From Clostridia bacterium (GTDB taxonomy: Bacteria; Bacillota; Clostridia; Oscillospirales; CAG-272), in contig JAFVQW010000001.1 of assembly GCA_017504605.1 (NCBI GenBank), positions 58,845 through 122,844 of the forward strand: DNA of 64,000 bases. The letters are read 5' to 3'. Positions 38,954 to 48,193 of this stretch are shown here, piece by piece; positions within the stretch are counted from its first letter, which is position 1, and every line of letters begins with the position of its first letter. Below the pieces are notes generated by a model. The model made no database searches, had not been told where the DNA came from, and was given only the letters and a program-made list of their open reading frames with translations. The translations under genes were made by a program, and so were the position numbers.

Positions 38954-39641
38954 TTGCCCGAAGCCTCTTTTCTATTAATTTTATTGCGAATACCATAATA
39001 TAAACTATGGCAAGATAGAAGCAGCCGACGATAAGTCCGCTGGCAAGGAAATTCGGCACCTTCGTAAATACCGTATTCGATGCGGCGTTAAGGTCAAAGG
39101 TCAGAGTGCCGACCGTCGCGCCTACCATACTGATAATAGAGGTCTCCTTAAGAAGCGCAATCATCTCGTTACCGATAGCGGGAATGATGTTCTTAATCGC
39201 CTGCGGCATTATAATATTTATCATCGCACGGTTCCAGGTAAAGCCGAGAGCGCGAGCCGCCTCCATCTGTCCGACGTCGACAGAGGAGATACCCGCACGA
39301 ATGTTCTCCGACACGTACGCGCCCGAGTTAATTCCGAAGGTTATAATCGCGGCGTAGGGCTTGAAGCCCGGAATTGCAAACACCGCAAATACCATAATAA
39401 AGAGCTGAAGCGCCACGGGCGTGCCGCGAAATACGGTGGTGTAGAGATTGCAGATTATGGCGGGAATCTTCATATATTTATTATTCTCCGCGGAAATCTT
39501 CACAATCGCCACCACAAAGCCGAGCACGAGTCCGATAGCCGCCGCAACCACGGTCAGAACGAGGGTGTTCAAGAAGCCCTCGAATACATAACCGATAAGC
39601 TCGGGGGTGGTTAGAATTTTCTTTATATCCTCAAATAGCAT
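38940..39641 (-). CDS. amino-acid ABC transporter permease (HisM/GlnP-type)
   Basis: 233 aa, multi-TM, with the EAA-like motif ([24 protein letters not shown]). Confidence 0.88.
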   Translation of the reverse strand: MLFEDIKKILTTPELIGYVFEGFLNTLVLTVVAAAIGLVLGFVVAIVKISAENNKYMKIPAIICNLYTTVFRGTPVALQLFIMVFAVFAIPGFKPYAAIITFGINSGAYVSENIRAGISSVDVGQMEAARALGFTWNRAMINIIMPQAIKNIIPAIGNEMIALLKETSIISMVGATVGTLTFDLNAASNTVFTKVPNFLASGLIVGCFYLAIVYIMVFAIKLIEKRLRASDKR

Positions 39642-39713
39642 TTTTCCTTATTACTCCAAATAGGCTATCCCGCCTATGTGCGCGGGATAGCCCAAGATTG
39701 CTTTTATTGTGGC

Positions 39714-40538
39714 TTAGTCAAGGCCGAGGTGCTTATTAACAAGCGCCTGAATGCCCTCCTCGCCAAGCTCGGTGAGAACCTCGTTGATAGCATCGAGCAG
39801 CTCCTGCTGACCGGGAGTTACGCAGATTGCGTAAACGTCGATAGCGGCCTCGTCTGCCTCACCTTCGCCACCCTGGTAGTAAAGGGGAGCGCAAGCATAT
39901 CCGTCCTTGCCCGCGATAAGCTGCTTAGCGGGAAGCTCGTCGATGATGAGCACGTCGGAGTTAAGTCCAACGTCGGATACGGCAGTGGAAAGCGAGGAGA
40001 AGTCAACCTTCGACGCGCCGGTGTTGTAAATAGTGCCGCCCTCAGCAAGCTCGTCGCCAAGGAAGAGGTCAGCGGTGGTACCGGTCTGAACCGCAATCTT
40101 CTTGCCCGCGAGGCTGTCCCAGTAAACGCCGGTAACCTCGTCGGTGGTGGTGCTCTCGTAGCTTGCAGCCGCATCGGTCTTGTAGATTACGTAGAGCTTA
40201 GCGGTGTAGTACTCGTTAGAGAACCAAACCTTCTCTGCACGCTCGGGGTTCTTCGAGATGCCCGCAGCACCTACGTTGGTAAGCTGACCCGCCGAAACGG
40301 CATCGATAATCGAGTTGAAGTTAACGCTCTCGAAGACAACCTTCTTACCGAGCTTCTCTCCAACCTTGTTCATAATGTCAACGTCAACGCCGACAATAGA
40401 GCCGCCGTCTACGTACTCGAAGGGAGCGAAGCCCGCCTCGGTGTATACGACAAGCGTTTCCTTCTTGCAGGACGTAAAGGCAAATACCGATATAAGCATA
40501 AGCGCCGCCACAAGAACAAGCGAAATAATCTTTTTCAT
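39714..40538 (-). CDS. amino-acid ABC transporter substrate-binding lipoprotein
   Basis: 274 aa. Lipobox (FAFTSCKKE) and family-3 SBP features (GFAPFEY, GVDVDI). Confidence 0.85.
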   Translation of the reverse strand: MKKIISLVLVAALMLISVFAFTSCKKETLVVYTEAGFAPFEYVDGGSIVGVDVDIMNKVGEKLGKKVVFESVNFNSIIDAVSAGQLTNVGAAGISKNPERAEKVWFSNEYYTAKLYVIYKTDAAASYESTTTDEVTGVYWDSLAGKKIAVQTGTTADLFLGDELAEGGTIYNTGASKVDFSSLSTAVSDVGLNSDVLIIDELPAKQLIAGKDGYACAPLYYQGGEGEADEAAIDVYAICVTPGQQELLDAINEVLTELGEEGIQALVNKHLGLD

Positions 40539-40680
40539 TTTGTTTTCCTCTTTTCAAATTTGATTTTGTTTTTCGACTGTGCCACTTATTATACACCGCA
40601 AAATCGGTGTTGTCAAGGGGTTTTTGATAAAAAATTCATTTTTTTCGAATTTTTATTCCAAGTCGCTAAATATATACACC

Positions 40681-40727
40681 ATTTATGCGAAAATAAAATG
40701 CATAATTGCATAAATATTCGCATAAAT
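40681..40727. promoter_or_regulatory. 11-bp inverted repeat (candidate operator) in a divergent promoter region
   Basis: ATTTATGCGAA (40681-40691) and TTCGCATAAAT (40717-40727) flank repeated GCATAA units. Confidence 0.4.
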
Positions 40728-40757
40728 AACCAAAAATCGCTACTCGCCGCGCATATA

Positions 40758-40786
40758 TTGACTTTAGAGCGGCAAAATGATACAAT
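40758..40786 (+). promoter_or_regulatory. sigma-70 promoter for the ABC-F gene
   Basis: TTGACT (40758-40763), a 17-nt spacer, then TACAAT (40781-40786). Confidence 0.6.
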
Positions 40787-40823
40787 ATACTCATTAATAT
40801 AAACCACTTGATACGGAGAAAAA

Positions 40824-42740
40824 ATGATAAGCATATCTGTACAGGATATATCGCTGTCCTTTGGCACCGACGTAATTTTAAAGGACGTCTCCTTCGCCCT
40901 CGAGGACGGAGACCGTCTCGGAATTATCGGCGTCAACGGCGCGGGTAAGACCTCGCTCTTCCGCATTATCTCGGGAGAGTACTCCGCCGATGCGGGTCAG
41001 GTCTTTATTCAGCGCGGGCACAGGGTGGGTCTGCTCGAGCAGAACCCGAAGCTCGACGCCCTGCCCGAGGGGCTGACCTGCCTCGAATATATGTATACCG
41101 CCTTCCCCGAGCTTTTATGCCTTGAGGAGAAAATATCGGCGCTCGAGTGCGAGATTGCGGGGGCCGAGGGCAAAGAGACACTCACCCTCGCCGAGAGGCT
41201 CGCCGAGCTTAATCGGCTCTTTGCCGAGGGCGGCGGGCTCGAGTTCCGCTCGCGCTGCCGCGGTATGCTCCTACGCCTCGGCTTTAGCGACGAGATAATA
41301 AACAGAAAAATAAGCACGCTCTCGGGCGGTCAGTATACCCGCCTCGCGCTCGCGCGGCTTCTCGCCACAGAGCCCGATATTCTTATGCTCGACGAGCCGA
41401 CGAACCACCTCGATATTGATGCGCTCGAGTGGCTCGAGGGCTTCCTCGCCACCTACAAGAAGACGGTTATTATCATCTCACACGACAGATACTTCCTCGA
41501 CAGAACGACGAGCAAGACGCTCCGAATACAGAACTCTCGCGCGAGGCTCTTCCACGGCTCCTACACCGCCTGCCTCGAGCAGCAGGAGGCCGAGGCCGCC
41601 TCTCTTGAAAAGAGGTATAAGGAGCAGCAAAAGGTAATTGCCAAAATCCGCGCGAATATAGAATTTCAGCGCCGCTGCAACCGCGAGCACAACTTCGTCA
41701 CAATTCGCTCGAAGGAGAAGCAGCTCGCGAGAATGGAGCTCGTGGAGCGGGCGGAGCGGGCGCCGCGGGATATCCGAATGTCCTTCTCGGCCGAGGAGGC
41801 GACGGCAAACGACGTAATATCGGTGAAGGAGCTCTCCTTCTCATACGGGAGCCTGCCGCTTATATTGGGGCTCTCCTTCCTCGTCAGGCGAGGCGAGCGC
41901 GTAATGGTGCTCGGGCCTAACGGCTGCGGAAAATCCACCCTTATGAAGCTTATAAATCTATCGCTTACCCCCACGCGCGGTAAAATAACGCACGGATATA
42001 ACGTAAAGGTAGGCTACTACGACCAGGAGATGCGCGGACTGTCCGAGGACAAGACCGTATTCTCCGAGCTTCACGACGAGTACCCCGAGAAGCGGGAGCT
42101 CGAAATCCGCTCGACCCTCGCCCTCTTTCTCTTCGGCGAGGATGATATAGAGAAGCCCGTCTCCACCCTCTCGGGCGGCGAGCGTGCGCGGCTCACTCTT
42201 GCAAAGCTGATACTTAAAAAGGTAAATCTTCTTATAATGGACGAACCGACGAACCACCTCGACATTGGCTCGGCCGAGGCGCTCGAGAACGCGCTCTTAG
42301 CCTTCCCCGGCACTATAATCGCCGTATCGCACGACAGATATTTCATCAACCGCATAGCGACGAGAATAATAGAGCTCGACCCCACTCGCGAGGGTGGCAG
42401 GCTCGATTACGAGCTTGGCGAGAGCGACGAGGCCTTCACCGAATATATGCGCCTGCGCGCCGAGAGGCGTGCCGCGGCGAAGGAGAGCGCACGGCCGCGC
42501 TCGGCAGACGGCCGCGCCGAATACGAGGAGAAGAAGCGCGAGAATGCGAAGCGCCGCAGTGAGGAGCGCGCCCTCGAGCGTGCGCGTACGCGCACGGCGG
42601 AGCTTGAGGGAGAGCTCGAGCGCCTAAACGAGGAGCTCTTCGGCGAGGCGGCGACCGACTATATGCGTGCCGCCGAGATAGAAAGGCGCAAGGGCGAGAT
42701 AGAGGAGGAGCTGCTCTCCCTTTACGAGCTTATTCTCTGA
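40824..42740 (+). CDS. ABC-F family ATPase (two NBDs, charged C-terminal coiled coil)
   Basis: 638 aa. Two Walker A sites (GVNGAGKTS, GPNGCGKST), two LSGG signatures and no TM segments. Confidence 0.9.
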   Translation: MISISVQDISLSFGTDVILKDVSFALEDGDRLGIIGVNGAGKTSLFRIISGEYSADAGQVFIQRGHRVGLLEQNPKLDALPEGLTCLEYMYTAFPELLCLEEKISALECEIAGAEGKETLTLAERLAELNRLFAEGGGLEFRSRCRGMLLRLGFSDEIINRKISTLSGGQYTRLALARLLATEPDILMLDEPTNHLDIDALEWLEGFLATYKKTVIIISHDRYFLDRTTSKTLRIQNSRARLFHGSYTACLEQQEAEAASLEKRYKEQQKVIAKIRANIEFQRRCNREHNFVTIRSKEKQLARMELVERAERAPRDIRMSFSAEEATANDVISVKELSFSYGSLPLILGLSFLVRRGERVMVLGPNGCGKSTLMKLINLSLTPTRGKITHGYNVKVGYYDQEMRGLSEDKTVFSELHDEYPEKRELEIRSTLALFLFGEDDIEKPVSTLSGGERARLTLAKLILKKVNLLIMDEPTNHLDIGSAEALENALLAFPGTIIAVSHDRYFINRIATRIIELDPTREGGRLDYELGESDEAFTEYMRLRAERRAAAKESARPRSADGRAEYEEKKRENAKRRSEERALERARTRTAELEGELERLNEELFGEAATDYMRAAEIERRKGEIEEELLSLYELIL

Positions 42741-42763
42741 AAAACGACTTAATAATTCCCGGG

Positions 42764-42833
42764 TGCACAGAGCGGATTTTTTCCACTCTGTGCATTTTTT
42801 ACATTTTTGCCGCCCGAGGGGGCGGCTTTTTTT
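42764..42833 (+). terminator. two tandem intrinsic terminators after the ABC-F gene
   Basis: Hairpin 1: TGCACAGAG (42764-42772) pairs with CTCTGTGCA (42786-42794), followed by TTTTTT. Hairpin 2: GCCGCCC (42809-42815) pairs with GGGCGGC (42820-42826), followed by TTTTTTT. Confidence 0.8.
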
Positions 42834-42847
42834 GTCAGCCCTCTTTA

Positions 42848-42876
42848 CTTACAAAAGCCGCCCCGTGCTCTATAAT
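42848..42876 (+). promoter_or_regulatory. candidate promoter for the phage-like cluster
   Basis: CTTACA (42848-42853), a 17-nt spacer, then consensus TATAAT (42871-42876). It is the only promoter-like element between the terminators and the first cluster gene. Confidence 0.45.
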
Positions 42877-42944
42877 TGTAGGTGTCGGGAGGCCCCCGAG
42901 TGGCAAAAGGGGACAGGCTACGCACCCGACGGAATGAGGAGAAA

Positions 42945-43280
42945 ATGAAAAAAAGGGTAAGGTACAAAAGCGATTTGCCGCGGCTTATGTATACCTATTT
43001 TATCGGCTACTCCGAGGGGGGCGCACCGAGCTTTGACAAATTTGCGCGGAGCATCGGTCTTACCCTATCGGAGCTTGAGGAGTTCAAATCACACAGCGAG
43101 TTTCTTCGCGCCTGGCGGGAATGCAGCGAAATCCGAAGAGATTATCTTATTGACACAGCGCTGGCAAAGCGGGCAGATGCCTCTCTCGTGAAATTCCTTC
43201 TCACAGCCGAGTACGGTATGCGTGAGCCCGTGGCAGCCGAGGAAAGCACTGTCTCGGTGACGGTCGAGGTTGTGGAATGA
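42945..43280 (+). CDS. small terminase-like protein
   Basis: 111 aa from ATG 42945 behind a GAGGAG RBS. HTH-like segment (FARSIGLTLSELEEF) and a C-terminal LVKFLLTAEYGM typical of small terminases. ATGA overlap with the large terminase gene. Confidence 0.55.
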   Translation: MKKRVRYKSDLPRLMYTYFIGYSEGGAPSFDKFARSIGLTLSELEEFKSHSEFLRAWRECSEIRRDYLIDTALAKRADASLVKFLLTAEYGMREPVAAEESTVSVTVEVVE

Positions 43281-44641
43281 AGCTGCACCTCACCGTAACT
43301 AAAAAGCAAAAGCAGTTTATCGACGCCACCGAGAGCGAGGTGCTCTTCGGCGGGGCGGCGGGCGGGGGAAAGTCCTACGGACAGATTGTGGACGCGCTTC
43401 TCTTTGCGCTGAAATATCCGAGGTCGAAGCAGCTCGTTCTGCGACGCACCTTCGCCGAGCTCGATAAATCACTTATACGCTCGGTGCTCTCGCTCTATCC
43501 GCGAGAAATCTTTTCCTTTAATTCCTCCTCACATTCGGGCAAATTCAAAAACGGCTCCTGTATAGACTTCGGCTACTGTGCCGCGGAGAACGACGTATAT
43601 CAGTATCAAAGTGCGGAATACGACGTCGTCCGCTTCGACGAGCTGACACACTTCACCGAGGCGCAGTACGTCTATCTCATTTCGCGAGTGAGAGGGGCCA
43701 ACGGATACCCGAAGCAAATCAAATCCTCGACCAACCCCGGCGGCGTGGGGCACTCCTGGGTGAAGTCGAGGTTCGTCGACCCCGCAGAGCGTGGCGTGGG
43801 CTTCGTCGGGGGCGACGGAATGAGGCGGATTTTTATCCCCTCTCTTCTCTCGGACAACGGCTTCCTAAAAAGAGGCGACCCCGATTACGAAAAACGCCTC
43901 TTGGCTCTTCCCGAGCGGGAGAAGAAGGCACTGCTCTACGGTGACTGGAACATTTTTGAGGGACAGTATTTCACCGAGTTTTCAAGAGAGCGCCACGTTA
44001 TCCCGCCCTTCGAAATTCCGCCCTCGTGGCGAAAATACCGAACGCTCGATTACGGACTCGACCGCCTCGCGGTTCTCTGGATAGCGGTCGCCCCCGACGG
44101 TACGTCCTACGTATACAGAGAGCTGTGCGAGTCGAATCTTTCAATCAGCGCCGCCGCGCGTGCCATAGGCGAGCACACGCCGAGGGGAGAGGATATTTAC
44201 GCCACCCTCGCGCCGCCCGACCTATGGTCGCGCTCGCAGGAGACGGGCAGGACGAAGGCGGGGATTTTTTCCGAGCACGGAATTAACTTCACTAAAACCT
44301 CGAACGACAGAGAGACGGGGTGGCTGTCGGTAAAGGAGCTGCTCTCCGACAGTGAGGGGCGGCCGAGGCTTAAAATCTTCTCGCAGTGCACCGAGATTAT
44401 TAAATGCCTGCCCGCGCTCTCGATTGACAGAATACGCCCCACCGACTGCGCGACAGAGCCCCACGAAATCACACACGCCCCCGATGCTTTGCGCGGCTTT
44501 GCGATATTTTATACGAGGCCGAATTCACCCGTATGCGAGGTGAAGCGGCAAATCTGGACACCCGATATGTGGGAGGACTACCGCACGGCAGACGAGGAGG
44601 GCAAAAAATACCTAAAAGCTAAATACGGAGAACCAAAGTGA
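43277..44641 (+). CDS. terminase large subunit
   Basis: 454 aa. Walker A (FGGAAGGGKSYG), Walker B-like VVRFDELTH and a C-terminal nuclease-like region (DYGLDR...). Confidence 0.9.
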   Translation: MKLHLTVTKKQKQFIDATESEVLFGGAAGGGKSYGQIVDALLFALKYPRSKQLVLRRTFAELDKSLIRSVLSLYPREIFSFNSSSHSGKFKNGSCIDFGYCAAENDVYQYQSAEYDVVRFDELTHFTEAQYVYLISRVRGANGYPKQIKSSTNPGGVGHSWVKSRFVDPAERGVGFVGGDGMRRIFIPSLLSDNGFLKRGDPDYEKRLLALPEREKKALLYGDWNIFEGQYFTEFSRERHVIPPFEIPPSWRKYRTLDYGLDRLAVLWIAVAPDGTSYVYRELCESNLSISAAARAIGEHTPRGEDIYATLAPPDLWSRSQETGRTKAGIFSEHGINFTKTSNDRETGWLSVKELLSDSEGRPRLKIFSQCTEIIKCLPALSIDRIRPTDCATEPHEITHAPDALRGFAIFYTRPNSPVCEVKRQIWTPDMWEDYRTADEEGKKYLKAKYGEPK

Positions 44642-46422
44642 AAATTGAATATAAAGCGGAAAGAGAGCGCCTCGATTTCTTCAGGGCGCTCTACGCCGAT
44701 GCACTCTCGGCATACGCCGAGGAGCTCACGTCTCTTGAAAGATGCATGAAGCAGTATCGCGGCACCGATGAAATCGACGGCTCCGACACACGCGCCATCA
44801 CCGTAAGAAATATCACCTACGAAATAGTGGAGAGCCAGGTGCTCTCGGATATTCCCATGCCGAAGGCCGACCCCGCGTCGTACAGTGTACGGCGCTCGCG
44901 TAACGCCGAGAGCATAGAGCGGCTCTGCCGCTCGCTCCGAGACAGGCTCCCCTTCGAGGAGTTTAACGACATCGACGAGCGATACACCTACATATACGGC
45001 GGCAGCGTGTGGTATGCAGAGTGGGACAACTCCACCGAATACGACGGAGAGGTCGGCGGCGTGCGCGTTCACTGCATCTCGCCGAGAGACTTCCTCCCGC
45101 AGCCCGGAATTCACAAAATCGAGGATATGGAGTACTGCTTCCTGCGCTTCACCACCACTCGCGGGGAGCTCTCGCGTAAATACGGTGTGGACGGTGAGGA
45201 GGCGGCGCTCGCCGACCTCGAATACGAGTGGGGCGGTGAGGGAGATGCGGTCACGCTCACCCTCTGCTTCTACCGCGACGAGGACGGAGACATCGGAAGA
45301 TTTATCTTCTCGGGCGAGCTTACTCTCTCGGATATGCCGAAGTACTATATGCGAAAGGGCAGAGTCTGCTCTGTATGCGGCTCCGAGGCGGGGCTCTGCT
45401 CCTGCGTCGGCGCACACACGCTGACGAAGAACCTCACCTACGAGCTTATTCCCGAGGATATTATCCTCGGCGACGGCGCTACCCTGCCCGCCGACGCCCC
45501 AAGCCTTGACGGCGATAAAATCAAAATGGGGCGCTCGAGAATTCCCTATTACGTGCCCCGCTCCTTCCCTATAGTAATAAGGAAGAACACCTCGGGAGAA
45601 AAGAGCCTCTTCGGTCAGTCCGACTGCGACTACATACGCCCCGAGCAGCAGGCAATCAACAAAATCGAGTCGAGAATACTCGCGAAGCTGCTCCGCTCGG
45701 GAATTACACCTATAATGCCCGAGGATGCGAGCGTTACTCTCAACAACTCGGTCTTCGGCCAGGTGATAAAAATGAAGCCCGGGGAGAGCGCCGCACAGTA
45801 CGGAACCGTCGACACGACCCCCGACATCTCGCAGGACATCGCCGAGGCCGAGCGCCTCTACGACCACGCGAAAAGAATAATCGGTATATCCGATGCCTAC
45901 CAGGGAGTGGACACCCACAAAAGCGAGTCGGGCTATGCAAGACAGCTCAGGATTTCGCAGGCGAGCGGCCGACTTGAATCGAAGAAGCGAATGAAGCACA
46001 CCGCCTACGCCGCGCTCGACAAAATTATATTCGGGCTCTATCTTGCCTTTGCCGACGAGCCGAGAAAGCTCGCCTACCGCGATGCCTTCGGCACCGTACA
46101 CCCGACGGAATTCAACCGCTACGACTTTATCGAATACGACCTATACCGCGGAGAATTCTTCTACGACGACGGCTATCTGTTCTCGGTCGACCAGAACGGC
46201 GGCGCGGAGTACCAAAGAGAGGCGCTCTGGGAGAGAAATCTCGAAAATCTCAAGGCCGGCACGCTCGGTAACCCCGAGAGCCCCGCAACGCTTCTTCGCT
46301 ACTGGCAGAGCCAGGAGCGCGCACATTACCCCTACGCAAGGGAGAACGTCGAGTACTTCTCCCGTGCGCTCGAGGAGAAAGGAGTGGATATAAGCTATGA
46401 AGAGAACGAATTCAAGCCTTGA
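44638..46422 (+). CDS. portal protein with a Cys4 insertion
   Basis: 594 aa. GTGA overlap with the terminase gene and a GGAG RBS 7 nt upstream. Its size and position follow TerL. Portal-like core (SLFGQSDCDYIRPEQQAINKIESR). CSVCGSEAGLCSC lies at 45361-45411. Confidence 0.72.
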   Translation: MKIEYKAERERLDFFRALYADALSAYAEELTSLERCMKQYRGTDEIDGSDTRAITVRNITYEIVESQVLSDIPMPKADPASYSVRRSRNAESIERLCRSLRDRLPFEEFNDIDERYTYIYGGSVWYAEWDNSTEYDGEVGGVRVHCISPRDFLPQPGIHKIEDMEYCFLRFTTTRGELSRKYGVDGEEAALADLEYEWGGEGDAVTLTLCFYRDEDGDIGRFIFSGELTLSDMPKYYMRKGRVCSVCGSEAGLCSCVGAHTLTKNLTYELIPEDIILGDGATLPADAPSLDGDKIKMGRSRIPYYVPRSFPIVIRKNTSGEKSLFGQSDCDYIRPEQQAINKIESRILAKLLRSGITPIMPEDASVTLNNSVFGQVIKMKPGESAAQYGTVDTTPDISQDIAEAERLYDHAKRIIGISDAYQGVDTHKSESGYARQLRISQASGRLESKKRMKHTAYAALDKIIFGLYLAFADEPRKLAYRDAFGTVHPTEFNRYDFIEYDLYRGEFFYDDGYLFSVDQNGGAEYQREALWERNLENLKAGTLGNPESPATLLRYWQSQERAHYPYARENVEYFSRALEEKGVDISYEENEFKP

Positions 46423-47113
46423 GGACTTCCTCGAGAAGTATCTGAAGAATAAGTCTCTCTACGAGGGCGCCGACAGCTATGAGAGCTACGTCAGGAAAAA
46501 TGCCAAAAATCCGCGCACGGTATACGCCTCGGCTCTGCCCGAGCTCTATTCGAGCCGCGCGCGCTCGAGGGGTGGCTACGGCTCGAGCGCCGAGAGGCTT
46601 GCCGAGGCGGGCCTCTTCGGCAGCGGCTATCAGGAGCACCTCGAGCGCGCCGCCGAGAGAGAGCATAACGAGAGGCTCGACGAGCTCGAGCGGGATATGC
46701 GCGAGAGCGAGGACACCCTTCTCGGCGGCTACACCGCCTATCTCGATAAATACAAGTCGAGCCAGGAAAAGCTCTCGAAGAGCGTCAGCGACAAGATAGT
46801 TAGCACGGGCATTTTAAGCGAGGAGCGCGCCTACGAATACGCGAAGGAGGCGGGCCTCTCCGCCGAGCGTGCGCGGTCGGTGGCCGAGAGAGCCTCGCGC
46901 AGTGCAAAGGACAAGCTTATGCGCCGCATAATGCTCGAAATCCCCTATATGCAAATGGACGGAGAGGGCGCGCGGCTTTATGCGCTCAGCCTCGGTCTTG
47001 ACAGCAATTACGCCGAGCGCGCAAGGGAATACGCCGAGAGCCTGAGAGAGCACTACGACACCGTAGGCTCGTCCTATCTCGAGTATCTTGCAAGCAAGGG
47101 AAACCAATACTGA
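46397..47113 (+). CDS. highly charged helical protein, unknown function (head-internal or assembly candidate)
   Basis: 238 aa, rich in Glu, Arg and Lys. Its start is embedded 26 nt inside the portal 3' end. Confidence 0.5.
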   Translation: MKRTNSSLEDFLEKYLKNKSLYEGADSYESYVRKNAKNPRTVYASALPELYSSRARSRGGYGSSAERLAEAGLFGSGYQEHLERAAEREHNERLDELERDMRESEDTLLGGYTAYLDKYKSSQEKLSKSVSDKIVSTGILSEERAYEYAKEAGLSAERARSVAERASRSAKDKLMRRIMLEIPYMQMDGEGARLYALSLGLDSNYAERAREYAESLREHYDTVGSSYLEYLASKGNQY

Positions 47114-47134
47114 TTTTTTGAAAGGAACTAAAAA

Positions 47135-47275
47135 ATGAAGGATTACAAAAACCGCGACAAGAGTGCCCCCTATCGCACCAACAAGGGCGGCAAAATCTCC
47201 GCCCCCGTGGCACAGACCAACGAGCCGAGGTGCACCTCGGTCAAGGGTAAGGGCGACCTCAGAGGTGGCAAATGA
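47135..47275 (+). CDS. unlisted 46-aa basic ORF
   Basis: ATG 47135 follows GAAAGGAA. Translation MKDYKNRDKSAPYRTNKGGKISAPVAQTNEPRCTSVKGKGDLRGGK. Its stop overlaps ATG 47272. It is below the ORF-track size cut-off. Confidence 0.3.
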   Translation: MKDYKNRDKSAPYRTNKGGKISAPVAQTNEPRCTSVKGKGDLRGGK

Positions 47276-47751
47276 TGACTGATAAGACCGTTATCGAAAG
47301 CGAAGAGACCGAGAGGAGCGAAGCAGAGAGTGCCGCCGAGGTAAGCACCGACGGCGCACCCGAGGCCGAGAAGGAGACCGAGGGGGCCCCCGAAGAGAGC
47401 CCCGAGGAGAGCCCCGCCCCCATCGACTACGAGAGCGTAATCAAGGAGGATATCGCCCTTCTTCGGCGAACCTTCCCCGAGCTCTCGGGCATCTCCGATA
47501 TAACCGAGCTCGAGAACCCCTTAAGATACGCCGCTCTGCGCGACCTCGGCCTTACACCCGCCGAGGCCTATCTCGCCACCGAGAGGGGGCGTAGGGCCGA
47601 CACCCGCTCGCACCTTTTCGGTGCGGTGCCGAGAGGAGCGAGCAGTCCCTCGGGCTCTATGAGCCAGAAGGAGCTCGAGGGTGCACGCGAGATTTTCTCG
47701 GGAATGTCGGACGCCGACATTCAGAAGCTCTACCGCAAGGTTACGCTTTAA
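47272..47751 (+). CDS. scaffold-like protein
   Basis: 159 aa with a very acidic N-terminal half and a helical C-terminal half. Sits between the portal and capsid genes. Confidence 0.5.
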   Translation: MMTDKTVIESEETERSEAESAAEVSTDGAPEAEKETEGAPEESPEESPAPIDYESVIKEDIALLRRTFPELSGISDITELENPLRYAALRDLGLTPAEAYLATERGRRADTRSHLFGAVPRGASSPSGSMSQKELEGAREIFSGMSDADIQKLYRKVTL

Positions 47752-47767
47752 AAGAAAGGAGAACGAA

Positions 47768-48175
47768 ATGTTCAAGTTAGCTAAAATTTTAAACTCCGCA
47801 TCCAACGTGGTAGAGCCCTGCCGTATGCCGAGGGGAAAGGGCGCGAGCTACAGGCTCGGCTCACTCGCTCTCTTAAAATCGGGCGCTCTCGAAAATGCCG
47901 CGGCAACCGAGACCCCGACCTTCGTCATCGGTGAAAGCCTCACCGATGAGGCGGCCTCCACCGTGCTCTGCTACCCCATAAGCCCCGATATGATTTTCGA
48001 GGCCGTATGCAGCGGGGACCCCACGTCTCTCGTGCCCGGCGCGCGCGTTACGCTGAATATCGTTGACGGCTCCGCCGTCGGCGTTACCGCGAGCACCTCG
48101 GGGGGCGTGTGCGAAATCTTCAACCTCGGCGGCGCCAAAAACGTCGGCGACGCCGTATTCGTCAGAATAGTTTAA
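47768..48175 (+). CDS. small beta-rich capsid accessory protein (decoration/cement-like, by position)
   Basis: 135 aa from ATG 47768 behind AAAGGAGAA; the track ORF starts earlier, inside the previous gene. Lies immediately upstream of the capsid gene. Confidence 0.45.
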   Translation: MFKLAKILNSASNVVEPCRMPRGKGASYRLGSLALLKSGALENAAATETPTFVIGESLTDEAASTVLCYPISPDMIFEAVCSGDPTSLVPGARVTLNIVDGSAVGVTASTSGGVCEIFNLGGAKNVGDAVFVRIV

Positions 48176-48193
48176 TAAAAAGGAGAGTAAAAA

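Noticed and set aside
40824-42740. The ABC-F protein as an antibiotic-resistance (ARE) determinant.
   Set aside because: From sequence inspection alone the inter-domain linker cannot be classified. The long charged C-terminal extension and the housekeeping context fit a generic ABC-F translation factor equally well. No resistance claim is made.
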